A DNA stretch of 11,788 nt from a bacterium (GCA_046758365.1 JBHIAC010000104.1:1-11788), one strand, 5' to 3'; shown: positions 1-9,128, counted from the stretch's first letter. Program-made: numbers and translations. The notes: generated from the sequence alone by a model not told the origin.

Positions 1-80
1 ATTGTACGAATTGGTTACCTGTACAGTGCAATGAGATGCCTTTGGACGATGTGGCATTGGTAGATTTAATATTTAACAAT

Positions 81-2561
81 TTATTCCCACCCACATTGAA
101 AACCAATAAAACCAGAATCTTCTAAACCAATGGGCGGACCTGCTGGCGGCTCCACCGGTTTGGTGAGATTCATCTCCTCTGGATGCTCCTGGAATCTGCT
201 GATTTGTGATATGGCAAAATAATAGTGCGCCCGCTGACTCTCATCTTTGGCTTTTTTTAATTGTTTTGTTAACCAAGTTTTCAAATCATCGAGGTTGAGT
301 GAGGCCATGGCACGAACTTGTGTAGCTGCTTCTTCGTTGGCAGCCAAAGACATTAAATTATGGAGAACCACGTTATCGACCACCCGTTGAATTTCAGCAT
401 GATAGCCAGAACCAGGTGGTGATTTCCAAGTAGACGCGATGAGCTTATCGGTGACTTCATTTAGGCCTGGTAATTTTGCGTTGCGAGCATGATACTCTAC
501 TAACCGAGCAGCCCGTTCAGGATGGAGAATGAGGCGCAAGGTTAAATTGGTCGCGGCCTCTGCAGCAGCTAAGGGATCAAAAGTGAGCCCAGTTCTTATA
601 TGAAAGGTCTCCCGAGTGCGGCTATATCCATAAGCCCGGGGCGGTATTAGATTCAATACTCTCTCTGGTAATGCAAGAGCATCGGACTGAATGGTAGCAA
701 GCAAGGCATCGAGTGCTTTGCGCTGTTCTTGTGGAGGAATCATTTCAGTGATTTTTTGGCCATCACCCCGAACCGCGTAGGTATAATATATGCCTCCGAG
801 CAATTTCGCCGCTGCTTCCATTTGATAGCGGTGAAACATATAAACAGGCACGAGCACTTCTTCGAGTGTGGCAAACGGTGTAGTTACACGGATATTTTTC
901 TCAGAGAAACGACTCAGTGCTAAAGCACGAACTTTCAGGATCCTTAGCAGTTCATCGACAGCATTGGTGCCATTATCCCACAGATGGGCCAAGGGATGCG
1001 CACCGCCTAATGAACGGGCGTCTTGATCAGTAATGAAAATGAGTCCGTTTGATATGGCATTACGCAAAATATCATTTAGTTTTTCATTTTCATTTATGGT
1101 ACTTGGAAAATCTTGATAACCATACGAAATCACCACTTTGTCCCATTCGCCAATACCTGTTGTATACACTTCAGACAAATCAAATGAGCCATCATCATTT
1201 ATCTTGATTAACGGATGAGGATAATCCATCACCGAAGCTCGATCCGAAACACTCGCGGCAAAATTATGTGCCAGGCCGAGGGTATGTCCCACCTCGTGGG
1301 CAGAGAGTTGGCGCAGTCTTGCCAAGGCCATTTCTTGCATCAGCGGAGAAACAGGTTTGCCTTCTTCATAGGGAGCAAGCAAGCCCTCTGCAATCAAGTA
1401 GTCTTGCCTGACGCGCAGGGAACCTAAAGTGACATGCCCCTTAACGATTTCACCGGTGCGAGGATCGATCACACTGCTCCCGTATGACCAACCGCGTGTG
1501 GAGCGATGAACCCATTGAATAATATTGTAACGCACATCCATGGGATCCGCGCCCTCTGGGAGCAATTTAACTTGGAAGGCATTTTTATAGCCTGCGGCTT
1601 CAAATGCTTCATTCCACCATTGCGCTCCTTCAATGAGCGCTGAACGGATCGGCTCCGGTGCACCAGAGTCAACGTAATAGACAATAGGCTCAACGGCTTC
1701 GCTCACTCGTGCGTTTGGATCTTTTTTCTGCAAGCGATGCCGCGCAATGAATCTTTTTAAAATAGGTTCAGTTATCGGGGTTGCGAAGTCCATATATCTG
1801 ATCCCAAAGAAACCAGCCCTTGGATCGAACACACGGGGTTTGAAATTATGATCTGGAAGTTGAATAAAAGAATGGTGCTGGCGAACCGTAATTGCCTGAG
1901 GACTTGGAACCACCTGCCTGACATAATTGCCCGGCGAATCTCCAACAAATGTCAGGGTAACTTCGACTTCGGTATTTTGAGGAAAGTTTTTTGTGCGAGC
2001 TAAATAAAATGCAGAACGGGATGGGTCAAGTTTGTAATTCCCCTGATTGGTGCGTTTTAATCTACCAACTACATTATGGGCATCGCGTAAATAAAAATCA
2101 CTGGCATCCACCAACACACGACCATCCTCTTCTGCTGCGACTTCAAATCCCCAGATGGTAGATTGAGCAAAGGCCTCTTGCACAGACTTGCGTTCTGCTG
2201 GATTATCACTTATAGCTCGAAAGGAATAGTTAGGCTGAATCATGAGTACCTTTGGCCCAAACTTCTGAAATTTAACCACGCGTTCATTGCCCAATTGACC
2301 CCGATCCAATCCTATATCATTAGAGCCTACTCCGGCGGGCAGGGAGTTGACGTAGAGAAACTCGGTATCCCATTTGTCGATTTCTAGCCAGATTTTTCCT
2401 TCTTTACTATCCCAATAATACGTAAAATATCCAGGAAATTTTTGCATACCTTGGGTTTTTTGGGTAATCGTTGCAGGAGTTTTTGATTCACTGGTAGGTT
2501 GTGTGAGACCACAGGAATATAGTATAAATAAAATAACAGTAATAAAAAGTAAACGGTTCAT
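81..2561 (-). CDS. Zinc-dependent metalloprotease, Met-zincin type (DUF5117/DUF4953-like architecture), predicted lipoprotein
   Basis: 826-aa ORF. Extended zinc motif HEVGHTLGLAH (H422-H432, nt 1266-1298) followed by Met-turn SVMDY (M445). Hydrophobic N-terminus ends in lipobox-like LYS-C17. SD GGAGGAAGG at 2567-2575. The DUF assignment is recognised from family motifs (FDPRxGFF, PIVYYVD, DPRTGEI). Confidence 0.9.
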   Translation of the reverse strand: MNRLLFITVILFILYSCGLTQPTSESKTPATITQKTQGMQKFPGYFTYYWDSKEGKIWLEIDKWDTEFLYVNSLPAGVGSNDIGLDRGQLGNERVVKFQKFGPKVLMIQPNYSFRAISDNPAERKSVQEAFAQSTIWGFEVAAEEDGRVLVDASDFYLRDAHNVVGRLKRTNQGNYKLDPSRSAFYLARTKNFPQNTEVEVTLTFVGDSPGNYVRQVVPSPQAITVRQHHSFIQLPDHNFKPRVFDPRAGFFGIRYMDFATPITEPILKRFIARHRLQKKDPNARVSEAVEPIVYYVDSGAPEPIRSALIEGAQWWNEAFEAAGYKNAFQVKLLPEGADPMDVRYNIIQWVHRSTRGWSYGSSVIDPRTGEIVKGHVTLGSLRVRQDYLIAEGLLAPYEEGKPVSPLMQEMALARLRQLSAHEVGHTLGLAHNFAASVSDRASVMDYPHPLIKINDDGSFDLSEVYTTGIGEWDKVVISYGYQDFPSTINENEKLNDILRNAISNGLIFITDQDARSLGGAHPLAHLWDNGTNAVDELLRILKVRALALSRFSEKNIRVTTPFATLEEVLVPVYMFHRYQMEAAAKLLGGIYYTYAVRGDGQKITEMIPPQEQRKALDALLATIQSDALALPERVLNLIPPRAYGYSRTRETFHIRTGLTFDPLAAAEAATNLTLRLILHPERAARLVEYHARNAKLPGLNEVTDKLIASTWKSPPGSGYHAEIQRVVDNVVLHNLMSLAANEEAATQVRAMASLNLDDLKTWLTKQLKKAKDESQRAHYYFAISQISRFQEHPEEMNLTKPVEPPAGPPIGLEDSGFIGFQCGWE

Positions 2562-2584
2562 TTTTTCCTTCCTCCGAGTTAAAT

Positions 2585-2614
2585 AGTAAAGGCCGGCTAA
2601 TACCGGCCTTTACT
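2585..2614. terminator. Perfect 12-bp inverted repeat; probable intrinsic terminator or mRNA stem-loop downstream of the prolyl oligopeptidase
   Basis: AGTAAAGGCCGG-ctaata-CCGGCCTTTACT. The GC core is followed by T-rich sequence on both strands (minus strand: CCGGCC-TTTACTATTT). Confidence 0.7.
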
Positions 2615-2684
2615 TTTAATTGTTAAAAGCTAACATTTTATACTAGTAGTTTGATTTGTCGTAAGCTATAAGGCATTCATAAAT

Positions 2685-4823
2685 TTACTTTTTCACGATT
2701 TCCTTCATTTCATCAAGTTGCCAAAGAAGAAAGCTGAGTTCAATAGTAGCGTCTTCGATTTGTTTACTAACGGGTTTACCACTACCGACATGACCTGACT
2801 TAGTATCGTAGTAAAGCAATATGGGCTTATCCGAGCCGGTTGCTGTTTGCAACAAAGCCGTCATTTTACGTGCATGTAGAGGAGCGACTCGTGTATCGGC
2901 ATCTCCGGAGATGAAAAGCACTGCTGGATATTTTGTGCCTTGCTTTATATTGTGATATGGCGAATATGTATGCAGGTATTTAAATTGTACAGGATCTTCA
3001 GATGAACCGTACTCTGGCACCCAGAATCTGGCAACCAGGAATTTATGATAACGTACCATATCTAACAGCGGATAGGTACAGACTACCGCCTGATACAACT
3101 CGGGCCGCTGAGCAAGTACGGCACCGACCAGCAACCCGCCATTGCTCCCGCCTCTAATAGAAAGTTTCGATGGATTGGTATAACCTTGCTCTATTAACCA
3201 CTCGGCAGCAGTGATGAAATCATCAAAAACGTTTTGTTTGTTCTCGAGCATCCCCGCTCGATGCCACTCCTCGCCAAATTCACCACCGCCCCGCAGGTTC
3301 GGTACTGCAAAAACACCGCCCATTTCAACCCAATAGGCTGCTGTGGCCGAAAATCTCGGCGTTCGACTCACATTAAATCCACCGTATCCGGTTAAATAAG
3401 TTGGATTCGAGCCATCCAGTTTAAGACCTTTCGAATGCACGATAAACATAGGTATTTTGGTTTTGTCCTTCGATTCAAACCAGACTTGTTTTACCTCAAT
3501 GTTGTCACTATTAATGGGAACATTCAGTTTAGCCCATATATCCATGCTTACATTCGCCACATCGTAGCGTATAATTGTCCTGGGGATGTGGAACGAAGAA
3601 TAGGTAAAGAAGGCCTCATTACTTTCCCACTGGCCACTGACCCTACCTACTGAACAGATGGCTGGAAAGACAATATCTCGAACGTACTTACCATCTGGCT
3701 CAAATACCTTGACTTTGGAAACCACATTTTCAAGATAATTGACAACTAATTTCCCGCCCGTTAGTGAAAATCCAGTAATGGGTGCATCGCTTTCAGGAAT
3801 AACTTCGCGCCATTCCGAAGGCTTTAGTGATGGATTTTTGAGATCAACCGCCAGTATTCGTTTGTTAGAAGCCTTCCAGTTGGTCTGCATAAATAGTTGA
3901 TCATCTACGATCTCACCGAAGAACCTTGCATCTATATCATTGACCACAGTCTTTATAGGGCTCTGCTTAGATACATCTTGATAGTAAATTTCAGATTTAT
4001 CTGCTGATGAGCCATGAAGAACGTTGATGAGTAGATAGCGCCCATCCTCAGATAGATTTGTAATAATTATTTTGCCAGGATCATAGCCCTCCCCAAAAAT
4101 TTGTTTATCACTAGCCGGGTCTGAACCAATTTTGTGAAAATAAACCCGAGAGCCTTCTTTCCCATGTCGTGTATAAAAGAAACCGCTCTTGTCAGGGATT
4201 AAAGAAATTCCGAAATAGCGTGCCTTGGGTAAAAAGTAAGGTAAATCCTTTCTATTATCTACATCAAAAAGATGTACACTAACTTCATCTTCACCACCTT
4301 CTCGTACACTGTAAACCAAAAGCTTACCATCCTTAGAGACGGTTCGTAGATCCACACTCTTTGACATATCTGAGCTCATAGTTTGGGGATCAATCAGGAC
4401 TTGATCTTTTCCCTCAAGCCCTTTCCTCATATAAATAGACGCTAAATCCTGATTCGCCAATCTCTTGGTGAAAAAATAACGCCCATTACGCGCTTGTGGC
4501 AAATTGATGTTATCTATTTTTAGGAGTTCTGTGAGCCGCTGCTTGAGTTTATCTTGACCTTGAAGATCACCGATAAGGGATTGGGTATACTCATTCTGGG
4601 CGTTAATCCACGCTCGCGTCTCAGGGCTATTTTGGTCTTCAAGCCAACGATAGGGATCAACAATTTCAACACCATGGAGTTCTTCTTTTACATTATCCGA
4701 CTGTGTCTTTGGCGGGTTCTTTTTATCTGAATTGAACGCGCAAACAAACGATATATAACATGTAAATAGAAGAAATAACAACCAGAATTTTGCTTTTAAA
4801 AAATGGCCATATTTTCTAAACAT
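2685..4823 (-). CDS. Prolyl oligopeptidase family serine peptidase (S9A) with N-terminal signal peptide
   Basis: 712-aa ORF. N-terminal DPYRWLED, YGGF, NLRGGGEFG, nucleophile GGSNGG (S560), DTRV (D643) and GH (H678). Basic-then-hydrophobic N-terminus. SD AAGGAGG at 4831-4837. Confidence 0.95.
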   Translation of the reverse strand: MFRKYGHFLKAKFWLLFLLFTCYISFVCAFNSDKKNPPKTQSDNVKEELHGVEIVDPYRWLEDQNSPETRAWINAQNEYTQSLIGDLQGQDKLKQRLTELLKIDNINLPQARNGRYFFTKRLANQDLASIYMRKGLEGKDQVLIDPQTMSSDMSKSVDLRTVSKDGKLLVYSVREGGEDEVSVHLFDVDNRKDLPYFLPKARYFGISLIPDKSGFFYTRHGKEGSRVYFHKIGSDPASDKQIFGEGYDPGKIIITNLSEDGRYLLINVLHGSSADKSEIYYQDVSKQSPIKTVVNDIDARFFGEIVDDQLFMQTNWKASNKRILAVDLKNPSLKPSEWREVIPESDAPITGFSLTGGKLVVNYLENVVSKVKVFEPDGKYVRDIVFPAICSVGRVSGQWESNEAFFTYSSFHIPRTIIRYDVANVSMDIWAKLNVPINSDNIEVKQVWFESKDKTKIPMFIVHSKGLKLDGSNPTYLTGYGGFNVSRTPRFSATAAYWVEMGGVFAVPNLRGGGEFGEEWHRAGMLENKQNVFDDFITAAEWLIEQGYTNPSKLSIRGGSNGGLLVGAVLAQRPELYQAVVCTYPLLDMVRYHKFLVARFWVPEYGSSEDPVQFKYLHTYSPYHNIKQGTKYPAVLFISGDADTRVAPLHARKMTALLQTATGSDKPILLYYDTKSGHVGSGKPVSKQIEDATIELSFLLWQLDEMKEIVKK

Positions 4824-4921
4824 ACCGATTCCTCCTTTTTTGTTATTTTGTTAGTATAAATGAATTTTGGATTTAAGTTAATTCTAAAGGCAAGATTATT
4901 TATGAAATTAAATTTAAGCAA

Positions 4922-4950
4922 AAGATACAGATATAACTTCGAAAAGTCAA
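4922..4950 (-). promoter_or_regulatory. Candidate sigma70-type promoter for the prolyl oligopeptidase
   Basis: Minus strand TTGACT (4950-4945), 17-nt spacer, TATCTT (4927-4922), about 100 nt upstream of the ATG. The same hexamers and spacing recur at 10787-10815. Confidence 0.55.
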
Positions 4951-5086
4951 GTCCAGAATTAATTTGAATTTTGATTTATTTGCATAGCGTGGTCATGGTT
5001 ATCCAGTTTGCTCTCGGCATGAAAAATATCTTGCTTTTCGGTCATTTCGACCCCAAGCTAACTTTTTACAATAGTCTTTTTTTTAC

Positions 5087-5115
5087 TTGACTTTTAAATT
5101 ACATTTTCGCAAAAT
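5087..5115 (+). promoter_or_regulatory. Candidate sigma70-type promoter for the subtilase pseudogene and possibly the downstream operon
   Basis: TTGACT (5087-5092), 17-nt spacer, CAAAAT (5110-5115; imperfect -10), about 60 nt upstream of ATG 5174. Confidence 0.4.
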
Positions 5116-5173
5116 AAAAAATGTATAAACTTCGTCAATTGAAATTGCTTTACTTATAAAAAAGAAATTAGCT

Positions 5174-5989
5174 ATGCAAGTAAATAATACACTCAAAATT
5201 TTATTTATACTTACCTTCATACTGTTTTCTGGAAGAGCCATGTGTTCTCATAAAGCAAAAATAGATGAGAATGTGCGAACGGCCCTACGAAATAATGGCA
5301 AGGTGATGGTTTTAGTTAAATTAAAAGAGCAATCTTTGAGTAAAGCAAGTTTAGATGATCGAGTCCTTCAAATTGAGGAGCTTCAGGATTCTATTTTATC
5401 TGTACTCAGCGAGCAAGATTTCCAACTGCATTATCGATACAAAACCATACCCGGATTTAGTGGGATACTTTACTAAAGTGGTTTATTGAAGCTTGAAAAC
5501 CACTCAGAAGTAGAAAGCATCAATCTTGACCTGGAAGGGCAGGGTGCACTGTTTGAAAGTGTTCCAGCTATTCAGGGCGATGTCGTTCACAATTTAGGCT
5601 ACACCGGTGATGGTATAAATGTTGGCGTGCTTGATTCGGGCGTTAATTTCAATCACCCAGATTTAAGTGAAAGTATTGTTCATCAATATCATTTTTTAAA
5701 TCAGGGGGCTGATGTTGGCTCCGGGGCACCAGATCAACATGGACACGGTTCTAATGTAATTGGCATAATAACATCAGATGGAACTATAGCATCAAAAGGC
5801 GTTGCGCCAGATGCCAATATAGTTGCAATTCGGGTTCTCGATCAAAACAATCGCGGATTGGTCTCGGATTGGATTGCTGGTGTCAATTACATCGTAGCCA
5901 ATAATGCCACATTAACTAAGATCGAAGAGTTTTCATGCTATTATCTTTACGACAATTACACACACATGAGGAGTACGAGGCCTGTATAG
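5174..5989 (+). pseudogene. S8 subtilisin-like serine protease pseudogene (signal peptide, I9-like prodomain, N-terminal half of the catalytic domain)
   Basis: ORFs 5174-5476 and 5486-5989 are in the same frame, separated by one TAA at 5474-5476 (PGFSGILY*SGLLKLENHSEV). Catalytic Asp in VGVLDSG (5633-5635), catalytic His in HGHGS (5744-5746), and GVAPDA are present. Similarity ends at about 5915-5920: the expected INMSLG, oxyanion Asn and GTSMA Ser motifs are absent. Confidence 0.9.
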
Positions 5990-6762
5990 CACTACAAAAG
6001 GAGGCTTGGGGTGAGAACTTCTCAGAGTGTGTACCGGCAGCAATATTAATGGTCGCGCAAAAAATTGGCGGTGTGACTGCTGGCGCTTTCGATGCCAATG
6101 GCAAGCTTTTAGGGTTCGTATTTGGCCTAACAGGGGTTAAGGAAGGGCGACTTGTACACTGGTCACATATGTTGGCGGTACGAAAGGGTAATCGTGGACA
6201 AGGCATTGGCAGAAGGTTGAAACTCTATCAACGAGAACGGCTCCTCGAACTCGGAATTGAGATCGCTTATTGGACTTATGATCCATTAGTAGCTCGTAAT
6301 GCGCACCTCAACCTAAACAAGTTGGGAACCAGAATTCAAGAATACGTTCCAGATATGTATCTTGACGATAGCGGTAGTGACCTCCATCGTGGTATTGGCA
6401 TGGACCGTTTCATTGTGGAATGGCCTATTGCCGACAAGCGAGTACAACAGGCGATCTCCGGGAAACTACAATCAGCAGACTTTCGTTTAACCCAAGCGCC
6501 AGTTGTAAACACTGAACTTCGCAAAGATGGTACCCCTGTACCTATTGAACGAAAGTTACCTACAAATCAAGCAGTACAAGTGGAGATTCCTTTTAATATT
6601 GAAAGTATTCAGGAGGGGTCTTTGAAACTTGCTGCCAAATGGCGGGCTAACACAAAAAGGGCTTTTTTTTGGTACTTAGATAAGGCCTACAAGGTGACGG
6701 CTTTTTATCGAGAACCAAAGAGTAATCGCTGTTTTTATATACTTGTATCAAATATTGAGTAA
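5935..6762 (+). CDS. GNAT-superfamily acyltransferase; probable succinyl-CoA:D-amino acid N-succinyltransferase
   Basis: 275-aa ORF. WSHMLAV, acyl-CoA binding motif A RGQGIG, WTYDPLVARNAHLNL and DRFIVEW. The specific function is inferred from adjacency to NSAR and M20 genes. Confidence 0.85.
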   Translation: MLLSLRQLHTHEEYEACIALQKEAWGENFSECVPAAILMVAQKIGGVTAGAFDANGKLLGFVFGLTGVKEGRLVHWSHMLAVRKGNRGQGIGRRLKLYQRERLLELGIEIAYWTYDPLVARNAHLNLNKLGTRIQEYVPDMYLDDSGSDLHRGIGMDRFIVEWPIADKRVQQAISGKLQSADFRLTQAPVVNTELRKDGTPVPIERKLPTNQAVQVEIPFNIESIQEGSLKLAAKWRANTKRAFFWYLDKAYKVTAFYREPKSNRCFYILVSNIE

Positions 6763-6764
6763 AG

Positions 6765-7892
6765 ATGTTAAAAATAGAATGCATCACTTTACGTGAGATC
6801 TTAATGCCATTAAAGGAGGCATTTCAGATCTCTTCTGGTACCACCAAAGATCGTAGGATTTTACTACTGCAACTTAAGGACGCAGACGGAGGAGAGGGTT
6901 GGTCTGAATGTGTGGCAGGGTCAATGCCTAACTACTCCCCCGAGACCATCGACACAGCCTGGTTGGCCATTCGTGAATGGGTCGTTCCGCGCTTACTTGG
7001 CCAAAGATTCAAGAGCCCTGATGAGTTATATGATATTCTGGAACAAGATATTCGAGACCACAACATGGCAAAAGCCGCAGTCGAGATGGGCGCTTGGGAA
7101 TTGGCAGCTCAAATTCAAGGGGTTCCTCTGGCCCGATGGCTTGGAGGTACGCGCGAAAAGATCGCGACTGGCATTTCCCTCGGCATTCAGAAAAACCCTG
7201 AGGCACTAATTGAAAAGGTAAAAGAATCTCTGGCAGTAGGGTATCGAAAGGTAAAGATTAAAATAAAACCTGGTGCTGATGTGGATTATGTGAGAGCCGT
7301 ACGCGATGCCCTCGGTTCGGAAGCGCCCTTGATGGTCGATGCAAACAACGCCTATACGCTCAAAGACCTCGACCATTTGACTCAACTCGACGACTTAGGG
7401 TTGATGATGATCGAACAGCCATTGGCCTGGGACGACCTTGTGAAGCATGCCTCTTTGCAGAAACATCTCAAAACTCCTATCTGTTTAGATGAATCCATCA
7501 CCAGTTTAGCCAAGGCCGAAGATATGGTAATACTTGGCAGCGGCAGAATCATTAATATTAAGCCAGGAAGGTTAGGCGGGTTTACTTCTTCAATAGCAGT
7601 GCATGATTATTGTGCTGAGCACAATATATCTGTATGGAGTGGGGGCATGCTCGAAACTGGTATAGGCCGGGCGCATAATGTGGCGCTGGCTTCCTTGCCA
7701 AATTTTTTGCTACCGGGGGATGTATCGCCCAGCGCACGCTACTGGGAACAGGATATCGTCACCCCTGAGTGGACTATGGACGACCAGGGAATGATTACTG
7801 TTCCTCTCGACCGACCAGGCATGGGAGTTACCGTGGATCTTGATCGCGTGGATAATCTTACGGTTCGATGTGAAACTCTTTCTAAGCACTAA
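6765..7892 (+). CDS. menC: Enolase-superfamily (MLE subgroup) N-succinylamino acid racemase / o-succinylbenzoate synthase (NSAR/OSBS subfamily)
   Basis: 375-aa ORF. KxK (K164/K166), metal ligands D192 (DAN), E217 (EQP), D242 (DES), second Lys K266 in NIKPGR, then GGMLETGIG and LPGD. Starts 2 nt after the GNAT stop. menC is the conventional label; context favours a racemase role. Confidence 0.92.
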   Translation: MLKIECITLREILMPLKEAFQISSGTTKDRRILLLQLKDADGGEGWSECVAGSMPNYSPETIDTAWLAIREWVVPRLLGQRFKSPDELYDILEQDIRDHNMAKAAVEMGAWELAAQIQGVPLARWLGGTREKIATGISLGIQKNPEALIEKVKESLAVGYRKVKIKIKPGADVDYVRAVRDALGSEAPLMVDANNAYTLKDLDHLTQLDDLGLMMIEQPLAWDDLVKHASLQKHLKTPICLDESITSLAKAEDMVILGSGRIINIKPGRLGGFTSSIAVHDYCAEHNISVWSGGMLETGIGRAHNVALASLPNFLLPGDVSPSARYWEQDIVTPEWTMDDQGMITVPLDRPGMGVTVDLDRVDNLTVRCETLSKH

Positions 7893-7919
7893 TTCCATCA
7901 TTTTTTAAGGTATCCAGAT

Positions 7920-9128
7920 ATGAACAAACCCCAAAAGAAAATACAAATTCCAAAAATCCTGCAGTCCATAATTTCCTCGCAGCTACAATCAAGACTTCTC
8001 GCACTAAGACGAGATCTTCATCAACATCCAGAGTTGTCATTTCAAGAAGAAAGAACGGCGCATAAACTTTACCATGAATTAGCGCTTCTGCAACCTGCAG
8101 AGCTCGAAACAATTGCTGGAACCGGGATTGTAGCCAGGATCAAAGGTCAAGATTCTAAAGCCCCGAAAGTTGCTGTGAGGGGAGACATCGACGCTTTGCC
8201 GATTGAGGAATCGACCGGTCTGGAATACGCTTCTGTTACGCCTGGCGTCATGCATGCCTGCGGCCACGATGTGCATGCAAGTTGGGCTGTAGGAGCCGCG
8301 CATCTGCTTACAGAGAAGCCCGCGGAAGGTGACGTGCTAATTGTTCTGCAACCGGCTGAAGAGATTGGTAAAGGGGCCCTTGCTGTTCTAGAGTCTGGAA
8401 TATTAGATGATGTATTGGCAATTTTTGGTTCCCATGTTGACCAACGATTTACTGTTGGTAAGGTAGTAGCTGAACCAGGACCGCTTGCAGCTTCCTCTGA
8501 TATCTTTGAAATAGAACTGCTCGGTAAAGGTGCACATGGGGCACGACCGCACGAGTCTGCTGATCCGATCGTAGGAGCTGGGGCGTTGATTACGGCTTTA
8601 CAAACTATTATTTCACGGCGATTGAATCCTGCTGATCCAGGCGTTGTAACTATTGGCACCATTAATGCCGGCAGTGCTGCGAATATAATTCCGGAGAGCG
8701 CTAAACTCATTGGCACTTTACGATCCGTTGATTCAAATACACGGCAGTTTCTACAAAATGAAGTACGGAAAATTGCTGAATCCACAGCCGCAGCTTACCT
8801 TTTACAAGCTGAAATTAAGGTGGAGCTGGGCACTCCACCGCTCGTAAATCCAGTGCAGCCTACATGTTGGGCAAGACGGGCTGTGTCCTCTTTGCTTGGT
8901 GAAGAAGCACTGGTTCCGCTTGGCTTTTTGAACATGGCAGGAGAGGACTTTGCCTACTATTTAGAAAAGATACCAGGCTGCTTTATTAGAATTGGTGCTT
9001 GTGAGCCAGGGGGAGAACCAATCCCTGCGCATTCGCCTTATTTTTATCCGGCTGAGGAGAGTATATTTGTCGGTGCCGCAGTGCTCGCAGAAACGGCACG
9101 TATTGCTTCGGCGGAGCTTTGCGGTTAA
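7920..9128 (+). CDS. M20 (M20D/Acy1-like) amidohydrolase; probable N-succinyl-L-amino acid desuccinylase
   Basis: 402-aa ORF. RRDLHQHPELS, RGDIDALP, MHACGHD, QPAEE, GKGAHGA, GEDF and HSP motifs. Starts 27 nt after the NSAR stop. Substrate inferred from context. Confidence 0.9.
   Translation: MNKPQKKIQIPKILQSIISSQLQSRLLALRRDLHQHPELSFQEERTAHKLYHELALLQPAELETIAGTGIVARIKGQDSKAPKVAVRGDIDALPIEESTGLEYASVTPGVMHACGHDVHASWAVGAAHLLTEKPAEGDVLIVLQPAEEIGKGALAVLESGILDDVLAIFGSHVDQRFTVGKVVAEPGPLAASSDIFEIELLGKGAHGARPHESADPIVGAGALITALQTIISRRLNPADPGVVTIGTINAGSAANIIPESAKLIGTLRSVDSNTRQFLQNEVRKIAESTAAAYLLQAEIKVELGTPPLVNPVQPTCWARRAVSSLLGEEALVPLGFLNMAGEDFAYYLEKIPGCFIRIGACEPGGEPIPAHSPYFYPAEESIFVGAAVLAETARIASAELCG

Noticed and set aside
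36..57. ATGCC...GGCAT hairpin downstream of the metalloprotease
   Set aside because: Only a 5-bp stem with a 12-nt loop and no U-tract; within chance.
729..3653. Short ORFs 729-923, 1215-1427, 1469-1693, 2163-2387 and 3435-3653
   Set aside because: Antisense or alternate-frame shadows inside well-supported peptidase genes, with no recognisable motifs.
5474..5476. Stop-codon read-through or alternative genetic code in the subtilase
   Set aside because: TAA is the true stop of five intact genes in the window (81, 2685, 6762, 7892, 9128), and read-through would still give a protein lacking the catalytic Ser.
5486..5989. Independent 167-aa gene starting at TTG 5486
   Set aside because: It is the in-frame continuation of the 5174 ORF and begins mid-prodomain; treated as part of one pseudogene.
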